From positions 16,739 to 80,738 of the forward strand of contig JAMCYI010000011.1 of NCBI GenBank assembly GCA_023474215.1: a DNA stretch of 64,000 bases, read 5' to 3'. This document shows, piece by piece, positions 1-9,117 of the stretch. The stretch comes from Patescibacteria group bacterium. GTDB lineage: Bacteria > Patescibacteriota > Minisyncoccia > UBA6257 > GWB1-50-10. Position 1 is the first letter of the stretch, and each line of letters begins with the position of its first letter. The notes under the pieces are model-generated. The model was not told where the DNA came from, searched no databases, and saw only the letters and a list, made by a program, of their open reading frames with translations. Made by a program: the position numbers and the translations under genes.

Positions 1-48
1 ACCCCCTGCGGTACGTCGACGAAAGTGCAACACCGCGGGGCGAACAAA

Positions 49-178
49 GAGCCGCAACCCGAAGGGGATACGGCAGATTTCCCCGCTGCCTTTGTCGCAT
101 TCGTCTCAGCGGATCGCTACGGATACGCCATCGGCTCCGCTTCGCGGCACTCGGTGAAATCTGCCAGTATCGCGGCTC
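49..178. repeat. REP/MITE-like inverted-repeat element
   Basis: GAGCCGC(49-55) pairs with GCGGCTC(172-178); GATACGGCAGATTTC(67-81) pairs with GAAATCTGCCAGTATC(156-171); internal mini-hairpin CCGC-TTC-GCGG. Confidence 0.55.
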
Positions 179-202
179 GTGGTATTTTCGAGGTGGGTTC
201 TT

Positions 203-958
203 ATGAGGGGATTTTGCGAACTCATCGATGCGATCTTTGATGTCGTTTTCCCGCCGATCTGCCTTTCGTGCGAAACGATCGTCGGTGAGAATGAAAAAAC
301 ATTGTCGCTCTGCACATCGTGCCGTTCCCGCCTTAAAACAACAAGCGGATTCTTTTGTCCGGCATGTGGCAGGAGACTTCCTGCACCGCATGTTCCTTGC
401 CATGGAGGAGTTCAATTCGTGCTTGCTGCACCGTTTTTTTTCGAAGATCCAGTGATTCGAAAGATTATCCATCTCCTGAAATACAGTCACATCAAGCGAG
501 CGGCTGCTCCGCTTGCCTTTTTCATCGTTTCCTATCTTCAAAGCATCACAAGCATCAAGGATGCGGGCTATGACGACTTCGTGATGATCCCGACTCCCCT
601 CCACTCCTCGCGAGAAAGAAGAAGAGGCTTCAATCAATCGCTCCTCATTGCGCAAGAAATGGAAAAATTTTCAAAGATACTCGATGGCGAGCACCGGCTG
701 CCGAATTTCCGCATTGAAGCCGGCGTTCTTGCAAGAGTGCGAAAAACGGCACCGCAGATCAAGCAATCCTCGCGCGCAGCGAGGGCCGAGAACGTCCGCG
801 GATGTTTTGCCATCCGAGACGCCTCGAAGATAGCAGGGAGGAACATATTCCTCGTCGACGACGTTTTTACTTCAGGCGCCACCATGGGAGAGCTTGCAAG
901 ACTCCTCAAAACAAACGGAGCAAAGAAGATCATCGCCATCGTTGCCGCAAAAGCGTAA
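203..958 (+). CDS. comF: ComF family protein (double zinc ribbon + phosphoribosyltransferase-like domain)
   Basis: CxxC pairs, RRRGFNQS motif and LVDDVFTSGATM PRT motif; ATG at 203 preferred over the 179 start. Confidence 0.9.
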   Translation: MRGFCELIDAIFDVVFPPICLSCETIVGENEKTLSLCTSCRSRLKTTSGFFCPACGRRLPAPHVPCHGGVQFVLAAPFFFEDPVIRKIIHLLKYSHIKRAAAPLAFFIVSYLQSITSIKDAGYDDFVMIPTPLHSSRERRRGFNQSLLIAQEMEKFSKILDGEHRLPNFRIEAGVLARVRKTAPQIKQSSRAARAENVRGCFAIRDASKIAGRNIFLVDDVFTSGATMGELARLLKTNGAKKIIAIVAAKA

Positions 959-969
959 GTTCCCTTGAT

Positions 970-3153
970 TTACTTTTCTTGGAAGAGGTTGTTCACGCGG
1001 CCGACATTGATGCAGTCGGCATTCGTAAGGCACTGCCCTTCGGATTTTTCAACTTGCGATCCGCTTTGCTGCGGCTGAAGGCCGAAGCCGCTCAAGTCGG
1101 ATGATTGCGCACCAGTGATGCTTTGATTACAAACGCTGTTCGCGGTGCAAATGGGTACCGGCGTGCCCGTCGAGCTTGCGCCGGAAACGAGCGTCTTGAC
1201 CGCAGCCCACGTTGACCACGCGCTGTCCGGGTTCGCTCTTCCGTCCGTATAGTGCACCTTCACGCGGTACGCATAGATCGTGTCCGGCGAAAGACCGCTG
1301 TCTATAACCACGGGATTCGTCGTCGTTGTAACGGATATGAAGTATGGATCATATGGCGTCGTTTGCCCTTCCGCGGTCGAAGGGGTTGTGAAGAGGGCGA
1401 TCACCTTTCCGAAGCCGGAAGCTATGCCTTGCACCGCATTGGAAACCGCCGACGCAACGCTCTTCGCCACACCGTCAAAAAACCCGGCGACCGACGACAT
1501 GATCGCATGAAGAGCGATCTTCCCGCTCACGCCGGGGGTGAAACTGCCATAGGCGCTCGAAACAAAGGTCGATGTCACGGTGGCCGTTCCGCTCAAGTGA
1601 TACTGAGGGCCGTAACTGCTCCCGCAATTGCCGGAACACGACCATGAACCAAAGACATAGTTGACCGCAGGGCTCGCATTCAAGGCGACCTGCGTGCCGT
1701 TCAAAAAGCTCGCTGAACAACTGTTCTTGCCGCCGCCGCAATCGATGCCCGAAGGATTGCTCGCCACCGATCCTCCTCCAGTAGGGCTTATTTTCACGCT
1801 GACAATAAAGTTGGTCGTTGCAGACGATGCATTGCTCTGATTCGAACATGCCGTGACCCTGTTCCCCTTCACGGCATCGTATCCGATATAGCATGCCCGC
1901 ACGGTGTAGGAATGCGTCGTATCGGATGATAGGCCGGTATCCGCGTATGACGTCGTCGAAGACGACATCGTAGACAAAAGCGATCCGTCCCGCCAAACCT
2001 CGATATATGAGGCCCGCCCTGAGTTATTGGTCCAGCTCAAATCGATCTCAGACGTGCCGTTTGCCGAAACCGTGAGATTCGTCGGCGCATAAGGCGGCGT
2101 GGTCACTGAAAAGGCGGTGGACGGCCACGTGCATGCGATGTTCGGTTGACCATCGGGTCCAGCATTCAAAACGGCATTTCCGGTGCTTGAAGCATAGAGA
2201 CCGCTAAGTCCCAATGTCGAACATTCGCGGACACGGTAATAGTAGGTTGTCGCCTCGCTCAAAGATCCGTTTGTCACCCCGTCGGTCTTACTGAAACTCT
2301 TCGTGGGATTCATGGAATCGGGAATCCACGGCGTATCGGTTATTTTCGAAAGCACGGGTACTTGGGAATTGTTCTCGTAGTGAAATTGATTCGTCGTCAC
2401 AAAATATGTCGAAGTGCTTCGTTCGATCAAGCCATAGTAGGTTGTCGAAGTCGTGTTATCTTTCCAACTCACTGTGGTAAAGACGTCGGTCGGTGTATCT
2501 TCGGTCGCACTCGCCGAAGTCGACGTCGGATTGTTCGGTGTTACTTTCATCCGCTGCACGACGAACTGGTACGATCCGGCGGTCGATGTTGAATTGTCTT
2601 TCCAATTCAAGTAGACCGTCGAGGGGCTGTTTGCGAACGCTTGCACCAGGGTCGGCGCATCGCTCGTTGTCGGACCCTGCGACCCACCAATCGAGCACGT
2701 CGTCTGATTGCTGTAGCTGAAGTTACGAGGACCTTGAACTAACCGAAGAACGTAGGTATAACTTCCCGGTGCCGGCGGATAATCGCTATACGTATAACTC
2801 CCCCCCTGCGATTGTGGAGCATACCATATGGAACTTGTCGTTACGGAACCCGTGATGTAACCGGAGGGGGTTATGGGAACATAGTTGCCGGAAACTCTTA
2901 AAAGGTCCACCTCTTGCACTGCGGAATTCGAGCCGGTCCACGTCGTAAAGATGGCACTGTTGTAAGACTGGCAACTAACGGTATATGGCACCGGCGGTTT
3001 AGGCGGAGGTGTCGGGGATGTCTGGACGGTTATCGTATCGGAATCGCAATAGCTACTATTGCACATGCCGGCCCAAACCTTCACGGCAACAAAGCCGGTC
3101 AGGATAACGAGCACTCCAACGAAAACGATTGAAGAAATTTTCTTCCCCGTCAT
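970..3153 (-). CDS. Large secreted/membrane-anchored Ser/Thr-rich protein with fibronectin type III domains and an InlB-B-like repeat
   Basis: N-terminal hydrophobic segment; FN3 motifs (APTNLTVSANGTSEIDLSW...GLSSDTTHSYTVRA); GGGSVASNPSGIDCG repeat; ATG at 3153 lies 7 nt after a TGCTATAAT box. Confidence 0.75.
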   Translation of the reverse strand: MTGKKISSIVFVGVLVILTGFVAVKVWAGMCNSSYCDSDTITVQTSPTPPPKPPVPYTVSCQSYNSAIFTTWTGSNSAVQEVDLLRVSGNYVPITPSGYITGSVTTSSIWYAPQSQGGSYTYSDYPPAPGSYTYVLRLVQGPRNFSYSNQTTCSIGGSQGPTTSDAPTLVQAFANSPSTVYLNWKDNSTSTAGSYQFVVQRMKVTPNNPTSTSASATEDTPTDVFTTVSWKDNTTSTTYYGLIERSTSTYFVTTNQFHYENNSQVPVLSKITDTPWIPDSMNPTKSFSKTDGVTNGSLSEATTYYYRVRECSTLGLSGLYASSTGNAVLNAGPDGQPNIACTWPSTAFSVTTPPYAPTNLTVSANGTSEIDLSWTNNSGRASYIEVWRDGSLLSTMSSSTTSYADTGLSSDTTHSYTVRACYIGYDAVKGNRVTACSNQSNASSATTNFIVSVKISPTGGGSVASNPSGIDCGGGKNSCSASFLNGTQVALNASPAVNYVFGSWSCSGNCGSSYGPQYHLSGTATVTSTFVSSAYGSFTPGVSGKIALHAIMSSVAGFFDGVAKSVASAVSNAVQGIASGFGKVIALFTTPSTAEGQTTPYDPYFISVTTTTNPVVIDSGLSPDTIYAYRVKVHYTDGRANPDSAWSTWAAVKTLVSGASSTGTPVPICTANSVCNQSITGAQSSDLSGFGLQPQQSGSQVEKSEGQCLTNADCINVGRVNNLFQEK

Positions 3154-3160
3154 TTCCTTT

Positions 3161-3169
3161 ATTATAGCA
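3161..3169 (-). promoter_or_regulatory. Extended -10 promoter (TGCTATAAT), probable leaderless transcript
   Basis: Perfect TGnTATAAT 7 nt upstream of ATG 3153. Confidence 0.6.
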
Positions 3170-3234
3170 AATCGATACGCCGAGAAACATGAAACCCCAT
3201 GAGGTAGATACACACTCATGGGGTTTGCTTGTTG

Positions 3235-4539
3235 CTAGTGAACGAGATAGACCGGCGACTGGCTCGCGGTCACGGTGCATTGCCCGTTTTGAACGGTTAC
3301 GGTTTGGCTGCTCCCGGTAAGCGTCGTGAGCGTTGCGCTTGATCCCGCGATGTTCCCGACCGTTACCGTCTGTGGAGTATTTGCCGTAGTCCAAATGGCA
3401 TCTATCGTCTTCTGATTCCCAGAAAAACGGTATTCGAAGATCCCGTTTCCGAAGCTATTGCTCTCGAAAGTCGCTCCACCGAGGATTCCCGTAAGAGTCT
3501 GGTAGGCATCGTAGTCCTCTTTTGAAGACAGCGCCCGATCGCGATGAACGAGACCGAAGTTATCCTCGTAAGGATCGCCCGTCCCGTCATCCCGGAAATC
3601 GTACCAAAATACCTTTTGGACTTCCGGCAGAGCGAGCAGTTGGACATATGCGCGGACCAGGTAGTCGGCTTGCTGGCTTTCTGATACGTAAGACACTCCC
3701 GTCGTCCATCCTATCTCGGTAATCCATAGGGGCTTATCCGGAAACAAGTCGTGGAAACCGGCGATCTGTCCGACGAGCATGCTGGGATAGGTGGTGTCGC
3801 CGCGCACCGTGATATCGGGTGCCACGCCGGGATACAAATCGACCGCAAGGATATCGAAATAGCTCGACCCGCCTGCGGCGTATACCTGGCTCACAAAAGA
3901 TGTGTCGGTTCCGACAACGCCTCCCATAAGAATATGGCTTTCCGGCGCAACGCTCATGATTGCTTCGTAACTTGCCCTCAAGAGCCGTACATAATCGTTC
4001 GCGTTGGGGGTTGGATGCCAGAACATCGAGAAATCTTCTTCGCTCCAGATTTCCCAGTAGTGAATCTGGTTTTTGTACCGACCCACAACTGTTTCCACAT
4101 AGCTGCTCCATTCAGCGAGCATGGTATCGGTCAAGGAAGACATATCCTTGTGATTGTTGGCTGCGCCCCACCATGACGCTCCATAGCAGAGCATCCCCAA
4201 CACGTTGATCTTCGCCTTCAGTTCCCCATTTACCGCCTTGTCGAACGGTGACCAATTGAATTGGTTCTTCTTCGGCTCGAGAACCGTCCACTCGAAAGAT
4301 TCCCGCTGCCATCGAATTCCGGCATCTGCCATCTTCGCGATAGCGGTACCAATGAGCGCGGTGTCGCTCCCCTGGTAACGGGTTGCAAGACAAGTAGTGG
4401 CGCCAAAAGGCCAACTTTCATATTCCGAGGCGAAGGTTGGGGAATCGGGAGGGTTCGGATTTGGATTCGGAGACGGAGCATCCGGCGGCTTGCATCCTGC
4501 AAGGGTAGCCACCAAGAGCATAAAAACTAATCGATTCAT
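3235..4539 (-). CDS. Lipoprotein glycoside hydrolase, clan GH-A (GH39/GH5-like)
   Basis: Lipobox LAGC; Pro/Asn linker; WEIWSEED (acid/base) and WITEIGW (nucleophile) motifs; FWYDFRD; SD GGAGGT upstream. Confidence 0.8.
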   Translation of the reverse strand: MNRLVFMLLVATLAGCKPPDAPSPNPNPNPPDSPTFASEYESWPFGATTCLATRYQGSDTALIGTAIAKMADAGIRWQRESFEWTVLEPKKNQFNWSPFDKAVNGELKAKINVLGMLCYGASWWGAANNHKDMSSLTDTMLAEWSSYVETVVGRYKNQIHYWEIWSEEDFSMFWHPTPNANDYVRLLRASYEAIMSVAPESHILMGGVVGTDTSFVSQVYAAGGSSYFDILAVDLYPGVAPDITVRGDTTYPSMLVGQIAGFHDLFPDKPLWITEIGWTTGVSYVSESQQADYLVRAYVQLLALPEVQKVFWYDFRDDGTGDPYEDNFGLVHRDRALSSKEDYDAYQTLTGILGGATFESNSFGNGIFEYRFSGNQKTIDAIWTTANTPQTVTVGNIAGSSATLTTLTGSSQTVTVQNGQCTVTASQSPVYLVH

Positions 4540-4650
4540 GAATTACCTCCTGTTCAAGAAATTCTTTTTCGTTATAAATATATGTAAATGTTCTTTTATC
4601 TCAGGCAAAACTTCTGTAAAAATCATACAATAAATGCGTCATGTTGTCAA

Positions 4651-4690
4651 AAACGGAAAAGAGGTTCAACTTTTTAAGCTGAACCTCTTT
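4651..4690 (-). terminator. Intrinsic terminator after the T9SS-CTD gene
   Basis: AAAGAGGTTCA/TGAACCTCTTT stem followed by T-runs on the minus strand. Confidence 0.65.
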
Positions 4691-4699
4691 AAACAATGA

Positions 4700-6082
4700 T
4701 CACTTGAGAAGAACCATCTTCTTGGTTTGAGTGTAGTTTCCTGCACTCAAGCGATAGAAGTAGGTGCCGCTGGGAAGTGTTCCAGCAGCGAAGGATATTT
4801 CATGAACTCCTAGGTTCATTTCATCCTCGACAAGAGTTTTAACTTCTTGACCGAGAACATTGTAAACCTTGAGTGTCACGAAAGTCCTTTTCGGAATTTC
4901 GAATCGAATCGTGGTCGTCGGATTGAAGGGGTTCGGGTAGTTCTGAGACAGGGCAAAGGTGCTCGGGTTGTGAGTTGGCTCGTCAACAGCAGTCACGGTT
5001 GTTGACGACACGACGTACACGCCATCATCGGTACCGACGAGAACGCTGTCTTTCCCGTAAGGATACAGACAACTTACGTTTTTCCCGATGAAGTCGACGT
5101 CCTGCCACGTGGTACCCGAATCGGATGAATAGTAAAGACCTCCGTCTCCAGCGATACCGGTTCCGATATCGTTATGGAAGGCGGCCCATACTTTTCCATC
5201 TACAGCAAGAACGGCAGAGGCATACATGGGCATGGGAGTTTTTCCCGTCACCTGTGCCCAACTTATGCCGTCATCCGTCGAACGGAAAACACCTTCTCCA
5301 TCGGTCGCCGCGAAGACGAAACCAGTCGAAGAATCTGAGGTAAGACCCCAAATGTTATAGCCGTTGGCTTTCATCGTTCCGTCGGGATTCGTGCTACCGT
5401 CTCCGATAGTACCGATCTCGCCGATTAAACCGCTGTCGGATTTTATCCAACTACCGCTATCACCATTGGCGGTGGAACGATAGATGCCCTCGACATAACC
5501 TTGAGGGTCACCATTACCGGTACCCGCAATGACTGTTCCTTTTGGCGTGACAGTTACGGCACGGAATCCCCCGATTGGAGGATTGAGCACATCGGACCAA
5601 CTTGAACCATTATCGCTCGAACGATAAATGGAACCGCCAAAGCTCGTTCCTACAAATATGTTGGAATCCTTCACCGCTATTGCTAACGGGCTCGGAGAAC
5701 TCATTTTAGAAACGGAGTTCCAAGAATTACCATTGTCAGTGGAATTAAAAAGATCTCCTCCCGTTCCCAAAAACAAGGTTCCGTTTGAACTCGCCTCGAT
5801 CGCATACGCAGAGGCAAACGGCATATTGGCGCCCTTCAGACCATTCATTAAATGGACCCAGGTGCTCCCCCCATTTGAGGAACGATAAAGATAATCGGTT
5901 CCGGTACCCACGAAAATAGTTCCTGTTCTGTCCACAAAAAGACATTGGGCAGCGGCATTGACCTTCACTCCGTCCAATACCCGATCCACGCCGAAATTCG
6001 TCGTAGCACTTTGCTGTGCCACGGCATCTACCGGCATCATGCTCGCAAGGAGCACAAAAGCCGAAAGAATGATTGCTTTCAT
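4700..6082 (-). CDS. BNR/Asp-box beta-propeller protein with C-terminal T9SS (Por secretion) type A sorting domain
   Basis: Signal peptide; about six S-x-[DN]-x-G-x-[ST]-W Asp-boxes; C-terminus LSQNYPNPFNPTTTIRF...LKVYNVLGQEV...LPSGTYFYRL...KKMVLLK. Confidence 0.9.
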   Translation of the reverse strand: MKAIILSAFVLLASMMPVDAVAQQSATTNFGVDRVLDGVKVNAAAQCLFVDRTGTIFVGTGTDYLYRSSNGGSTWVHLMNGLKGANMPFASAYAIEASSNGTLFLGTGGDLFNSTDNGNSWNSVSKMSSPSPLAIAVKDSNIFVGTSFGGSIYRSSDNGSSWSDVLNPPIGGFRAVTVTPKGTVIAGTGNGDPQGYVEGIYRSTANGDSGSWIKSDSGLIGEIGTIGDGSTNPDGTMKANGYNIWGLTSDSSTGFVFAATDGEGVFRSTDDGISWAQVTGKTPMPMYASAVLAVDGKVWAAFHNDIGTGIAGDGGLYYSSDSGTTWQDVDFIGKNVSCLYPYGKDSVLVGTDDGVYVVSSTTVTAVDEPTHNPSTFALSQNYPNPFNPTTTIRFEIPKRTFVTLKVYNVLGQEVKTLVEDEMNLGVHEISFAAGTLPSGTYFYRLSAGNYTQTKKMVLLK

Positions 6083-6178
6083 TTTGAATCGCTCCTTTCG
6101 AGCTTTTATCCAGTTAAAATCAGTTAATTAAAATTTTTTCACAAGGATTAAAAGCTACTTAATCCTTGACTATCAAGT

Positions 6179-6187
6179 ATTATACCA
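6179..6187 (-). promoter_or_regulatory. Extended -10 promoter (TGGTATAAT) for the T9SS-CTD gene, followed by a 5' hairpin
   Basis: TGGTATAAT on the minus strand; CAAGGATTAA/TTAATCCTTG hairpin at 6142-6168. Confidence 0.55.
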
Positions 6188-6216
6188 TAAATCTCGAAAA
6201 AAAGGAAGGGGTCGAT

Positions 6217-8475
6217 TTAGTGCAGTAATCCTCGCACTTTTACGTAGTAGGTGGTGTTGGCGTTAAGATTGGTTATGGGCTGCACGTAAGTGCCTGTCGC
6301 CGTAGAGTTTAGCACGTTGAGAGTATTCCATATCGACGGATTACTTGAAGTTGCATAGAGCACTTGGTCGTCTTTTGCATAGCTCTGCGGATTGGTCCAC
6401 TGCACCGTGAAGCTGTTCGATGTCACGCTTCCCGGCTGAATGGTGACGTTCGTCGGCCACGTGTTCGATGCCACAGGAGTGGTGGACGACGTCTGTACGC
6501 AGTAAAGCCCGTTTTGCGGATCGCTCACGTGGCTCGGATCGCAGAAAGAAATTTGCCCTATGACGTTCGCGGGAGTCGTCGCTCCCGAAAACGTGCCGGA
6601 AGCGAGAGCAAGCGATACGCCGGAAAGATTGACGTAGCCGTCAGCCGATCCAAGCGAGGGATCGGAAGTCAAAAATCTTGCATAGCCGGAAAGGGCGCCC
6701 GTACTCATGTTCACCGTCGGAAGATTGAAGCCCGGATACGTCGGATCCATGTCCCCTTCGTTGAACGAGAGCCAGCCGTAGCCGCAGCTCGGACGCGTGT
6801 CGCCTGAGAGGCATGAATTGCCGCTCCATGCATATCCCATTAGCCTCCCGGTATCGGGATTCAGGTAAACGCCGTAAGAAATCGGGCTCGTGCCGCTCAA
6901 GTTCGGCGAAACGGTATCGGAACTGAACTTCACCCAGCCGACGGCATTTGCCGCCGATGAGGGGATTGTGGAGCTGCCGGCCCACGCCCAGCCCTTCACG
7001 GGCGACATTTTGCTCAAATCGAGCGTTATCGAAGACCGGGGAACGATGATGACCGGCGTTGCATCGCCCGGGTTCAATTGATAGCTCGTTATACGGTACT
7101 GAACCGTCTGGCCGATGGTTGGCGAATCGATGTAGCAGTTGAGGGACTGAGCACCGGGACACTGCACGGTGAGTAATTGCCATGTCTGGCCGTTATCGGT
7201 GCTCTTTTGCGGATTGAACGATTGGAACTGGCCGGCCGAACTCCACAAGACCGGCACCGTGACGGTATTGTTCGAATTCACGTTTTGCACGACGGCCCGG
7301 AAGTTGCCGATCACATAGGCAGTTGTGATCGAGGTTTGTCCCGCAAATGAGCAGCCGTTCATGCTGCACGCCGATATGGAGTACGTGTAACCGGTCCCGT
7401 AGCTTGCCTGGTTATCCGTGAAACTCCTTGCGCTGCCGGAAACTGTTGCTAAAGGAACAAAACTTCCTTGGCCCGTTGCACGCTGCAAGACAAAGTGATC
7501 CACGTAGCTCGAGGGGCTCGCATCGCTCCACGTGAGCTTCACGGCAACCTGGCCCTGGTCGGGATGAAGGCCCGTACCGGTCGTCGTCGCGGAAAGTCCC
7601 GTCGGCGTGCGCGGTACGATGACGGTCGATACGCCGGACGCAATGGTCACCTGGTTCGAATCTTTCACCGTCACGCTGTTTCCGGAAACCGTATCGTCGG
7701 AAAACGGATGACAGTACAAATCCGTTTGGTAGTAGTTGATCGAGTAAATGCTGTCGCCGTTGAAAGAAACATTGCTGTCGGGAACGATGAGCGAGCCGCC
7801 GCTGAATATGCTGGATGCGCTGTATCTCGTGAGCCCCCATTGATTGGGGCCGCTTTTGCTGATCATGATGCCGAAGGTCTTGAGGTCCCGTCCGCCGAAT
7901 TCCGGATCGATCGGGATGTTGATACTGACCGAACTCCCGCCGGTCGTCGAAAACGTGGCGCCTTGCGGCCCGTTTTGATTGATCGACGGCAGGGCAGGCG
8001 TCGTTGCCGACGCTGAAACTTTGACGCCCGTTTGATAGCTGACCGGTTGCGATGAATCGACCGGCCATATCGAATAATTAATCTGCATATTGGGGTCGAG
8101 GCCGACGTAATTCGAGAGATTCGACGAACCCGGGGCGCACTGCTGGATATTAGTGAGGCCCGTGGCCGCCGTGCCATTCACGCTCGCTCCCAAAGCATCG
8201 TCGATGCAAACTTTCGGCGAGGTGTTTTGGGGATCATTCCCCAAATTGAACCCTTGCGAGGTATTGATGCTCCCCGATCGCGAAAACCAAAATGAAACGC
8301 TTGGTTGATTGGGGTTGCTTTGCCAGCCAAGTTCGATGGCGCAGGCCGAAACGGGAGTTGCCGTGAAATTGGAGATCGACGGCGTCGTTTGAGCTTTCAC
8401 CTCTGTGTGCAACCACAAGCCGGCCGCGAAGACGACGGCAAGGAGTATAAAAAATGAAATTTTTAACTTGCTCAT
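6217..8475 (-). CDS. Secreted FN3-domain protein with GxAW...GW repeats
   Basis: Signal peptide; FN3 motifs; GWAWAGS..VGWVKF, GYAWSG..YGWLSF and GALSGYARF repeats; ATGA overlap with the upstream gene at 8472-8475. Confidence 0.75.
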   Translation of the reverse strand: MSKLKISFFILLAVVFAAGLWLHTEVKAQTTPSISNFTATPVSACAIELGWQSNPNQPSVSFWFSRSGSINTSQGFNLGNDPQNTSPKVCIDDALGASVNGTAATGLTNIQQCAPGSSNLSNYVGLDPNMQINYSIWPVDSSQPVSYQTGVKVSASATTPALPSINQNGPQGATFSTTGGSSVSINIPIDPEFGGRDLKTFGIMISKSGPNQWGLTRYSASSIFSGGSLIVPDSNVSFNGDSIYSINYYQTDLYCHPFSDDTVSGNSVTVKDSNQVTIASGVSTVIVPRTPTGLSATTTGTGLHPDQGQVAVKLTWSDASPSSYVDHFVLQRATGQGSFVPLATVSGSARSFTDNQASYGTGYTYSISACSMNGCSFAGQTSITTAYVIGNFRAVVQNVNSNNTVTVPVLWSSAGQFQSFNPQKSTDNGQTWQLLTVQCPGAQSLNCYIDSPTIGQTVQYRITSYQLNPGDATPVIIVPRSSITLDLSKMSPVKGWAWAGSSTIPSSAANAVGWVKFSSDTVSPNLSGTSPISYGVYLNPDTGRLMGYAWSGNSCLSGDTRPSCGYGWLSFNEGDMDPTYPGFNLPTVNMSTGALSGYARFLTSDPSLGSADGYVNLSGVSLALASGTFSGATTPANVIGQISFCDPSHVSDPQNGLYCVQTSSTTPVASNTWPTNVTIQPGSVTSNSFTVQWTNPQSYAKDDQVLYATSSNPSIWNTLNVLNSTATGTYVQPITNLNANTTYYVKVRGLLH

Positions 8476-9113
8476 TGTTTTACACATGTATAAACCCAAC
8501 CGTTCGGCGCATCATAATTGCTATGGGAACCCATGAAACCTTCCAATATTTTTACCATGGTATAACCAGCAGCACAGCCGTTAGCACTCGAAAATTGATT
8601 GGAGACGCCAACAGCGGAATCGTTGAAGCCGCCGTTATTGTCGCATTGACTTATTGTAGCTTGACCCGTTCCAGCGATACCGCAAACATCACCCTGCGGT
8701 GGAAGGACAAGCGACCCAACCGTTACATTACCGCTCATTTTGAAAAGTCCGCCGCTTAAAACCAAATTACCGGTCTGCCCGTCTTCATACGAAGAAAAAT
8801 GCGTTTGGCCGTTCGCGACGGAAAGCATCGACTGCTGGGGAAAATTGATGAACGTATTGCTACCAAAAGAAAGGGTTCCGGGAACTTGAAGTCCAAAAGA
8901 GTTGCCACCCAATACGCTGACCGACCCAACAGAGAAATTTCCGGTTTTTACTTGAGCCGAAGGACCTTCGTCGACGGGAATGACGCCCCCGCCGCCGGCT
9001 ACATACGGAGGAACGGTCGGTTCGATAAAGGAAGCTCTCACCAAACCGAAGTAGGCCACTTGAACCGCAAGGAAGATCGCAACGATGATCAAATAGCTCG
9101 TTTGTTTTTTCAT
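8472..9113 (-). CDS. Secreted fibre/adhesin-like protein, paralogue 3
   Basis: Signal peptide; EPTVPP...QVKTG motif; Cys-rich C-terminus GDVCG...GCAAGY...TCVKQ. Confidence 0.7.
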   Translation of the reverse strand: MKKQTSYLIIVAIFLAVQVAYFGLVRASFIEPTVPPYVAGGGGVIPVDEGPSAQVKTGNFSVGSVSVLGGNSFGLQVPGTLSFGSNTFINFPQQSMLSVANGQTHFSSYEDGQTGNLVLSGGLFKMSGNVTVGSLVLPPQGDVCGIAGTGQATISQCDNNGGFNDSAVGVSNQFSSANGCAAGYTMVKILEGFMGSHSNYDAPNGWVYTCVKQ

Positions 9114-9117
9114 AATT

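Noticed and set aside
18-50. RNase P RNA (GAAAGTGCAACA resembles a conserved RNase P segment)
   Set aside because: The following conserved elements are not recognisable; only a short motif matches.
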